Source: Craspedostauros australis (lineage: Eukaryota). From it: a stretch of 43,398 bases of DNA. Numbering within the stretch: the stretch's first letter is position 1; each line of letters opens with the position of its first letter. Positions 19,874-28,890 of the stretch are shown here, one piece after another. The DNA lies in NCBI GenBank assembly GCA_030167865.1, contig JALAGF010001782.1, positions 1 to 43,398 of the forward strand, written 5' to 3'. The notes beneath the pieces are model-generated. The model was not told the DNA's origin. It worked only from the letters and a program-made list of their open reading frames with translations, and searched no databases. The translations under genes were made by a program, and so were the position numbers.

Positions 19874-21796
19874 ATGGAGAAGTCAGCGGCGTTATTGGTC
19901 TCACTTCTGGCGTTGCTTGCCAGCACACAATCATGCGATGCGTTCACGGCAGTGAAGCGTACAGCAACGAGGGTGCCATCGACGGTGCCATCGACTTCGG
20001 CGCTGAGCGTTTCGACATCGCCCGAAGAAGCGATGGAGCGAACCATGAAGCAGCTGGAACGGATGAAGCGGACGCCGCAAGCACCCCAAGACGAGCCATC
20101 GAACGACCCTGAATACGAAGAGCTCTACCAGAGCTACATCAAACAACCGGCCAACGCGCTGAAAGCAGAATTGAAGAAGCGCAAGCTGCGGGTCAGTGGA
20201 CGCAAACCGGACCTCGCGAATCGATTGACGCAGCACGATCTTGGTGTCTCCGACGCGAAGAATGCTGTCGAAGAAGTCACGCCATGGGATGTCGACAGCG
20301 AGCAGTCGCAAAAGCGAATGGCCTCCTTCTGCGGCTTGAGGCTGTCCAAGGCGGCTGGAGTGGCCTTGGGCAACGCAGATTTCCAAACGCCGACCACCAT
20401 CCAAGCAGACTCGCTACCGCGTCTTGTTGAGGGTGAGTCCTTGGTGCTGCATGCCGAGACCGGAAGCGGGAAGACCCTGGCGTACCTGCTGCCGATCACG
20501 GAACAGCTGTGGCTGGATCACGAGAATGACAACATGGACGACGCGTACGCCTTCATTCTCACACCCACGCGTGAGTTGGCCGCGCAGGTTGCTGGTATCG
20601 CATCCGTCTTGGCACCACCGGGCACTGTGCGCATGGTGTCGCAGCCCACCGACCTCATGTCATCAGGCGACGCCCTGCGCGATCGCGGCGAGCAAGAGCA
20701 CGGCGGTTTGCTGGATGATGATTCGCCTGGCAGAGCGCGAGAGACCCGCTTGTACATCGGATCGGCCAAGGCCATCATGACGTCGCTCTACGGAAATGAG
20801 AAGATGCCCGCATCGCCAACGAGGAAACCGCAGGCCATGTTCCTGCTGCAGCACGTCCGGTGGCTGGTTCTGGATGAGGTCGACCGCTTGCTCAATGTCA
20901 AAAAGTCGAGAGGATATGGACCATCTTCGCCAGCGGGCAAGGCCCATGAACGACCAGCTGCTATCGTCACGGCTGCCGTGGCACGCATGACGCTCGGACG
21001 GGCGCAGATTATTGCGGCCAGCGCAACCGTGGGACGGCCCATGAAACGCGAACTCACGCGCGTGCTGGGATTGACGCCCCAGGAATGTCCCGACATCATT
21101 CACGGCACACAGGCCGGGGACGATGTCATTCCATCGCAGCAGGGCGCGCAACGCGGTGTGCATCAGAGCCGCGCCATCACCATCCCAGCGACCGTCAAGA
21201 ATTACGTCACTGCTATCGAGACCACCACTTCGGGTCAGCTCCTCACCAGCGCGTTCTTCGTCGTGAAGGGTCTCAACCTGAAGAAGGGACGCAAAATGCT
21301 CCTGGTCTTGACACGAGGTTGCGGCCTCAGCACACAGAACGCAATCGGTGCCTTGAAGCATTTCCGATGCGAACCATCGCCGACGTCCTTGCTGGATGCG
21401 TTGCAGGCGGATGGCACGGATCGCATGATCGAGAAGCATCGTCTGGTGTCCGGTGCGACAGGCATCGGAGAGTCCTCGTACTTTCAGAAGAAGAAAGCCT
21501 CTGACAGCGAGGACGGCGCAGAGGATGAAAGCGAGGATGGTTACCTGCTGGTGACAGGAGAGGACACAGTGCGAGGATTGCACCTGGACGGACTTGACGT
21601 TGTGATCGTCGTCGGACGTGCTCCTGGACCGGATGAGTACATGCACATTGCTGGCAGAACAGGACGTGCCGGTCGTCGCGGCATGGTCATCAACGTTCTA
21701 AGCAAGGAAGACACCGCCGCTGTCAAGGGATGGGAGAAGATGTTGGACACCGAGTTCGAAGAACTGGAGGTCAGGGATGTTGCCAAGCTGGACTAA
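19874..21796 (+). CDS. DEAD-box RNA helicase with N-terminal SAP domain, predicted plastid-targeted
   Basis: Intronless. Probable start MEKSAALLVSLLALLASTQSCDA|F at 19874 (in-frame ATGs also occur upstream, e.g. 19817). SAP-like LKAELKKRKLRVSGRKPDLANRL. Helicase motifs: Q motif FQTPTTIQ, AETGSGKT, PTRELAAQ, LDEVD, SAT, VRGLHL, YMHIAGRTGRAG. Confidence 0.88.
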   Translation: MEKSAALLVSLLALLASTQSCDAFTAVKRTATRVPSTVPSTSALSVSTSPEEAMERTMKQLERMKRTPQAPQDEPSNDPEYEELYQSYIKQPANALKAELKKRKLRVSGRKPDLANRLTQHDLGVSDAKNAVEEVTPWDVDSEQSQKRMASFCGLRLSKAAGVALGNADFQTPTTIQADSLPRLVEGESLVLHAETGSGKTLAYLLPITEQLWLDHENDNMDDAYAFILTPTRELAAQVAGIASVLAPPGTVRMVSQPTDLMSSGDALRDRGEQEHGGLLDDDSPGRARETRLYIGSAKAIMTSLYGNEKMPASPTRKPQAMFLLQHVRWLVLDEVDRLLNVKKSRGYGPSSPAGKAHERPAAIVTAAVARMTLGRAQIIAASATVGRPMKRELTRVLGLTPQECPDIIHGTQAGDDVIPSQQGAQRGVHQSRAITIPATVKNYVTAIETTTSGQLLTSAFFVVKGLNLKKGRKMLLVLTRGCGLSTQNAIGALKHFRCEPSPTSLLDALQADGTDRMIEKHRLVSGATGIGESSYFQKKKASDSEDGAEDESEDGYLLVTGEDTVRGLHLDGLDVVIVVGRAPGPDEYMHIAGRTGRAGRRGMVINVLSKEDTAAVKGWEKMLDTEFEELEVRDVAKLD

Positions 21797-21908
21797 GCTG
21801 AACTGAACTGAACAAGAGGAAATGAAAACTGGAGGCAATCCGCCTGCACGCAAGCGGAGACGAGTACTCGAGGGTAGAGACTAATGCAATGCAAATTTAG
21901 CTTACTGT

Positions 21909-21930
21909 AGAGAGAGAGAGAGAGAGAGAG
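21909..21930. repeat. (AG)11 microsatellite between convergent genes
   Basis: Perfect AG dinucleotide run. Confidence 0.9.
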
Positions 21931-22047
21931 CACCATACTCGCATGTATTATATGAACTGTCCTGGGTTCCAATGGATTGAATAACTCGATGGTGTACTGC
22001 GTATCTATTGGTACACTTCTACTACTTCAAGCACTATTGATGCGTGT

Positions 22048-23726
22048 TCATGCCTTGTCTGGTATGTCTTTCGTGTACTGTGCCATCCAGGATCGGTCGA
22101 TCCGATCCTTCCATGACCACATCCATTTGCCTTCCATAGAGAGGTACGATCCCTTGGATGCGATTGCATACTTGTCTCCTGTGGACACCAACCCAAGGAT
22201 GTTCGATTGTGGCACGTAAGGCTTGACTGATTCTCCAACCAACGCTCTCCAAATGTTCTCAGCCAACGGCGGTCCAGCACGCACCGCATGAACTCCGGCT
22301 TTGGCATATTGCATAAATAGAGCAGATAAACAGATGCAGTGTTGATTGAGCCATTGAGTCACCGAGTTGCTCGTACTACTACTCGTATGTACACCCACCC
22401 ACCCACCCATTCGTTCATTCATTCGTTCGTTCATGCATTCGTGGAGATACAGGAGATGCACCGGAGCCGCGCAATCATCTCTGGAGATAATCAGAAAACA
22501 ATATTGCAAGATCCAATAGGACACCGATGAACACTAAAGACATGAGAGCAAACTCGTGCTTGAACAGCAACAACAGCAACAATAGCAACAGCAACAAACA
22601 GACAGACCGAGTGCACTAAACGCATCAAGCATGGTACACGCAACTCACCTTTCGGACGTGGATGATCCACCATGCCGCAGCAATCACCGCCCGCGAACAC
22701 ACCCGGCGCGTCCACCACTTGATACGTGGATTCCACCATGAGGAATCCGTTTGCGTCGGTACGGAATGGCGTGCTTTGCGACAGCCAGCTGGCACCATCG
22801 GCCGTCGTGCATAGCAGACATTCGTCGACGATCAGATCCGAAGGTTGCAAAGCCGTCCCGCGCAATTTCAATTGCAGTCGGTCGTCGGGCAGCGTCTCAA
22901 CGTTGATGACTTCGGCAGAGTAATGCACTTGGATGTTGCGCTCCTTCAGAACACGTTGAAAACATTGGCGAACGGAATGGTTGTGCTGCTTCAACAACGA
23001 CGTGCCTCTAGTGAAAAGGACCATCTCCAATTCGATGGGATTCTGTGGTTGCTGATGTTGTTGCTGTTGTTTCGCAGTATCGTCCAACAAGCGTTGCAAG
23101 CTGTGCTGCATACTCAGGATAACTTCGATGGCGCCAGCGCCACCCCCAACGACCCCGATCCTGTGCTTGATCGGTGTGGATGCGGAAGCAGACGACGAAT
23201 TCTGTTGCAGCCGTTGCAACCGTTCCTTGAGCTCGATGTAAAAGTTGCAGAACTCGCTGATCGGCTTGACGGAGATGACCTTGGGGTTGTTGCGCAAGGA
23301 CTGCGATGCCACCGACGGAGCGCTTCCAACGTTGATGCTGAGACAATCAAAGTCGATCCTTTCGCCGTTGTCGCAGATGCAAGTTCCGCGTCTGTTGCTG
23401 TGATTGTTGCTCTGATTGTCATTGCCATCATCATTTTCTGTCGTGTGAGATGCGTCTGAATGATAGATGATCTGCATGCACGCCGCATGAATGAGCCGGA
23501 TGTTGGCATAATTGCAGATCTTGGCCAAGTCGATGTGAATGTCCTCGTAGGTATAGTGTCCCGCGATGTATCCAGGCAGCATTCCGGAGTACGGCGTCAT
23601 GATGTCCTTGGCGATGAGCACTACCTCTACATCCAGCTCCTTGAGCTGCTTCTGCTTGGACGCAAGGTGCTTGAGGACGTACACATGGGCGTGCCCTCCA
23701 CCGACAAATGCCAACGTTCTCGTCAT
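22048..23726 (-). CDS. FAD-dependent pyridine nucleotide-disulfide oxidoreductase of the 'N-terminal to SelD' type (TIGR03169-like), stand-alone, 442 aa
   Basis: Exon 1 23726..22649, intron 22648..22299 (G|GTGAGT ... CCAAAG|CC), exon 2 22298..22048, 1329 nt. Family hallmarks: VGGGHAHVYVL, TPYSGMLPGYIAGHY, HIDL, LSINVGSAP, VKPI, VVGGGAGAIE, FAGGDC, the junction-spanning HPRPKAGVHAVRAGPPLAENI, YVPQSNILGLVSTG, AIASKG and WKDRIDRSWM. Stops 11 codons after DRSWM with no SelD domain. Confidence 0.88.
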
Positions 23727-24520
23727 TCTTCTTTCAGGTGATCACTTCGATGGTTGGATGCGATGAAATGAAATGCGATGCGATGAGATGCGATCTGCTT
23801 TCTTTTATGACAGCTGCAGTGACGACGCAGCGAATGCCCATCTGTTTCCTCCTCGTTCGTTGCCAACCCGTGGCAGCATGCCAGTTTCGCATGTAAGTCG
23901 AAGAGGGGAACAGAATGCTTTCAATGGTACTCAGAGTATGTGGAAGCACGGTATTGGTACGACTACGATGATGAGGGGGCGATCATGTGATCATGTGATC
24001 ATGTGCCCACGTAGGTCTTTGCGGACGACGCCCAAGCAGGATGGATGTTCGGTTTGCGCCAAAAGATTCTGGCACCGAACTGGATGATGTTTTGGTCGTG
24101 GCTCGTGTTGAACTCCCGGTTGGTCTTGTTTCGCGAATTGTAAATCATGCATGACTCAGAGATCTGTCGATCCCAACGTCAGTCTGACTTCGGTCAGCCA
24201 CAGAACACAAACTGCAATAATCCGTTCGAACGACAATGCACCCAAACAACTCATCGTCATCAACGACAACATCATCTCTCACTCTCTGTGTTTGAAGCTG
24301 TTTCTTCGTCCTCCGAAACCGCAACGTTTCATCTCTACTCTCTCGAGATCCTCGAGCCAAGAGAATCCCAAGCTTCAGCGTGTATAGGGCATTCTCCACG
24401 ATCCGTCTACATTCCTCAAGCGGACGAAGACGACATACAATCTCAGGTGCAAACCCAGGCGCAGACCAAAGAACGAAACTCGAATCCAAACACAGCAGCA
24501 GCAGCATTAGCAGAAATAAC

Positions 24521-26251
24521 ATGATGAGAAACATGGTCGTCTTGATGGCCGTCATCGCCGGATCGTTGCGACGTCCAGGCGCATCCGCATTCATACAGAA
24601 TCACCACCACGTGCATCGCACAGCCGCAGCCGCCTTCACGTCCACCTCCCTCTTCTCCACAGACACCGAAGCCGAGAGCAAGCCAGCGGCTGCGCCCAAA
24701 AAGATCCGTCCGCAGCGAATTTTGTCGGGTGTGCAACCAACGGGCGTGCTGCATTTGGGCAACTACCTCGGTGCCATCCGACAATGGGTGGACTTCCAGA
24801 ACAAGGACCAGCTTGATGAGGATGGCGACGTCATTCTCACCGAGAACTACTTCATGGCTGTAGATCTGCACGCCATCACGATGCCACACGATCCCAAGGA
24901 GCTGAATGAAAGCACGATGACGAGTATCGCCCTTTACATCGCTGCCGGTACGTCAGATTTCATGACATCAATGTCATTGGCGTCATCATGATCATCATCA
25001 TCGCCATCCGTTGGAGCGATCCAAGGATCGGTGGTTCCAAAGATATTCAATGACACTCCGACATATCGCCTGAGTTGATTTGCTTTGATTTCGCTGTGAT
25101 GGCCGTATTCGTATTTCGTGCAAGACTTTCTCTTGTCATGTGAATAAACAAGCAAGCGCGAAAGGCATGATGGATCCCAGAGAGTGCGGTTGCATTCGTT
25201 TTCAATTCGATGCCATCTCGTGTGGTTCCATTCCGAAATGCATGCATGTTTGCATGGTATGTACATTCCTCATTTTCTTCGCCCAACAACTCACCGATTC
25301 TCATTACGATACCTCCAAACGTATTCATTCGGGACAAATCATCATCCCAATTACAACCCGAATTGTAACCACCAACACGAAACAACCATTTTGCCACCAA
25401 AAGGAATCGACCCGGCCAAATCCAAAATATTCGTCCAGTCTCACGTGCCCGCTCACTCCGAGCTCACCTGGTTGCTTAGCTGCGTCACCCCGATGGGATG
25501 GCTGGAACGCATGATCCAGTTCAAGGAGAAATCGCGCAAGCAGGGTGAATCCGTCGGCACCGGTCTCTTCACCTATCCTGTCCTCATGGCAGCTGATATC
25601 ATGCTCTACCAATCCACCAAGGTCCCCGTCGGCGAGGATCAGCGACAGCACCTGGAACTTGCGCGCGACATCGTCCGCCGATTCAACGACCTCTTCTGCA
25701 AGGGCAACCAGTTCAAGAAGCGCTGCAAGGCCGCCGGCATCGCATCGCGACCGGTCTTCGTTGAACCCAACGCCATGATCCTCAAAGATGGTGCCCGCAT
25801 CATGAGCCTCACGGACGGTACATCCAAGATGTCCAAGAGCGACCCCAGCGACGGCTCGCGTATCAACGTCCTCGACCCGCCCAAGCTCATTCGCGACAAG
25901 ATCAAGCGCTGCAAGACCGACACGCTCGATGGCATCGAATGGGACAACCCGGAACGTCCGGAGGCCACCAACCTTCTCAACATTTACGCCGCCGTGCAGC
26001 CCGATCGCACGCGCGAGGATATTCTGGAGGAGGTCAAGGATCTGCGATGGGGCGAGTTCAAGCCTCTTCTCGCCGAGGCCATCGTGAACCACCTTGAACC
26101 CATCCAGCGGCGCTACAAGGAGGTCCGGGAGGATCCGGAGTACCTCATGCAGATCCTCAAGGATGGTGCCGATGCCGCCAACGAGGTTGCCAATACCACC
26201 CTCTTCGGTACCAAGGTGGCGATGGGATTCGTCACGCCCAACCAGGACTAA
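24521..26251 (+). CDS. trpS: Tryptophan--tRNA ligase, bacterial/organellar type, 424 aa
   Basis: Exons 24521..24947 and 25404..26251, phase-1 intron restoring [17 protein letters not shown]. Motifs: [19 protein letters not shown] (HIGH), [35 protein letters not shown]-terminal presequence with ASA|F. Confidence 0.93.
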
Positions 26252-26854
26252 ATGAATCGAGAACGACGAAGTACTCTCGGGTATTCTGGATTGATTATTC
26301 TTCACGTAGAGGACTTTTCGCGACTACTCTACTGGACTCTACTCTGTTGCATTACAATTGCGGAACGTCATGGCATTTGAAGATGATGAGTGTATCTCGT
26401 TTGTCGTGAACCAATGCCTTCCGCAATTCACAACACACCAACTCCACAATCGGCTGATTGCAACAAATACAAAACTCTTTAACATGCACTGGGGCGCTCG
26501 CGTAGAGTACTCGCGAAACTGCTTGCTTACATCATACATTGGCCGATACTTGTAGCATGGAGTACTGTTCTATCGTTTACATCGCGTAGTAGTAGTAGTT
26601 GGTGTTATTTGAAGATTGTATTGATGCAACGCTGCCGCATTCCCGTCTTTGAAGACACTGATTTGTGTTGCGTCGCATGTGTTGTTGTGCGCATGCATCG
26701 ATTTCAGCCGTGGATCCATGGCACACAAGTGTTGGGTGTCGCTTCGTCTTCAATCCAGTCCGACCTGATACACTCAAATGAAATGGAGTCGAGTGAAGTG
26801 AAATGGATTGCCACGTGATGTGATCTGATATCATGACACACCCGCAAAACAGAT

Positions 26855-28168
26855 TTAGTATCCACCGTTTGGATCGACCAAAAGACCGGCGGCGACAATT
26901 CCAAGAACGAGGGTTCCGATGGCGGCAGTTGCGATGACAGTGTTGCGCTTCTCCTCGTCGGTCTCGATCTCCACGAGGGCCTGGCAGATATCATTCTCGG
27001 CTCCACTGACCTCGCGTTCCGTGATACGGTAGACCCATCCACCTGGCGACACAGTGGTGTCGAGGAATCGGTACTCACCACCGTCTGGTCCCCTGGAGGC
27101 GAGTGGACCCCAGTCCTCGAAGGAGGCGATGGTCTCAAACTCCTCGGTTCTGGCGGCGCGACGCTTGATGATGAATCCCTGGGTGTTGGCCTCAGAGCTG
27201 GTGGCCCATTCGATCTCGACCTCGCCGTCGATGATCTTCGTTCGCAGACCACCTCCGCTGAGCTCCTGTGCCTGACTGTCGACGAGCAGGGAACCGCTGA
27301 CGGTCTGCTCCTCGACCTGACGTTTTCGGCGCGCCTCGGTTCGCTCCTTCATGACCTGCTTGATCTTGGCCTCGTCCTCACGCGAGATGTTCATCCACGG
27401 GGCGTACTCGACACCGTTCTGGTTGCGCAGGTTGGAAGCGCGCTTCATCTTCTTGACCTCGGCCTCTGTGAGCATTTCAATCTCTTCTTCCGCGCTCATG
27501 TCATCGACATTCTTGGAATCCGTGACGGGGGCATCGCCTTCGGCCATGAAGAGGGCAACAGATGGGACTGTGGCGGCATGACATGGCATGCGGCCGGAAA
27601 TTTGAAGATGGAAAAAGTGCGAGAAACGTGTTGAATGGAAATTGTGAGACGAAAACGAACTCTTGGAAAACGTTCGGTTCGTGCGCGATTGTCAACGACG
27701 CGCATCTTCGCAGCAATCAAGATTCCTTCTCACGAGACATCGCATGATGATGCATCAAGCCGATCCATGCCATTCCATACCAAGCCGCTGCAATGAATGA
27801 ACCGGAATGCGGATAGAGTAGAGTGGTGGTTGCATCGCTGGACGCAACCATCTCTTGCAATTGCGATTCCGCAGAGCGTCATGTCGAATGCAGCATCCGG
27901 AGCGGATCATGGAGACCATGCTCATGGTGATGGTTGTGTTCGGGTTGCATCTGCATCTGCCATCACAATTACGATTGCACGATTCTTTTCCAAATACGAG
28001 TGACGCGGGTCGTGTTGCATGGTGCGAGCACCCCTTGACAGGAGGCATCGCGTTGGTGGATTCCGTACCATTGCTCGTGGTCTTGGCGAAGGAGCGTGGG
28101 GTGGCTGTGAAAGCAGAAGCCCCGGAGATGCTGAGCAGTGCGATGGTGGAGACGGTGGAGACCTTCAT
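26855..28168 (-). CDS. Plastid-targeted protein with a fibronectin-III/Ig-like module and C-terminal transmembrane helix, 270 aa, function unknown
   Basis: Exon 1 28168..28069 (MKVSTVSTIALLSISGASA|FTATPRSF...; G|GTACGG), intron 28068..27568 ending CACAG, exon 2 27567..26855, 813 nt. Helical charged region, then VEIEWATSSEANTQGFIIKRR...YRFLDTTVSPGGWVYRITERE, then hydrophobic VIATAAIGTLVLGIVAAGLLV. Confidence 0.8.
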
Positions 28169-28890
28169 GATGGACGTGTGTGGCGTATGGGTGGGTTCGT
28201 TGGGGGTATGTCGTAGTTGTGGGAAGGCTGTGTTGAGTTGTTTTACGTCGCGTTGCGTGGCGTGGGGTTGTTGTGGTTGCGTGAGTTGATGGCAACGAAT
28301 GCGAGTAGATACGGGTTGATGTGTTCAACAATTGACAATCATCTCTCCCAAGACCAGAGTGACCTGGCCTGGCCTGACGATGTCGTCACCATCCTCGTCG
28401 TCATCAACGCACCTCGCCACAATCATCATCATCCATCGCATCTGTAGTCGTATGCGGTTATTATTTCACCGTGTCTTTTCGCCGTGTTGATTGTGTTCAT
28501 CGATTCTGGAACGTTTTGTGTTGCAGCTGACGTAGCAATGTGACGTGTTGTCCGATGAGTCAATCAAGTCACGACAAAAGAGGAATCGATGAATCTACAT
28601 CACGCCAATCGTGACATCCATCATTCGTTCTTCCTTCGTCCGTTGAAACCAAACGTGCTTGTCAATCCCTCATGCAGACCATTCGTGTCCATCATCATGC
28701 ACATCCACGCACACGAACACACACGCAAAGCGTGAGCTGCGGATTTGACAAACAGAGAGCAATGCAACCACGATCCGCGCCCAATACGATCTGTCGGTGC
28801 TCATGCGCTGCATCAACAAACGAAGACCCCACAGAGTTCCCACTCGCACGATCGACTCATACATTCACACACACACAATCGCAGCACACG

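Noticed and set aside
22048-22050. TGA ending the oxidoreductase read as a second selenocysteine leading into a SelD domain
   Set aside because: The frame hits another TGA seven codons later, no C/U-x-x-K SelD motif follows, and I see no SECIS-like hairpin downstream on the minus strand.
24380-24520. GTG-initiated R/S-rich extension of TrpRS as a mitochondrial presequence
   Set aside because: No ATG, and the composition matches ordinary CA-rich 5' leaders here; ATG 24521 already gives a coherent presequence.
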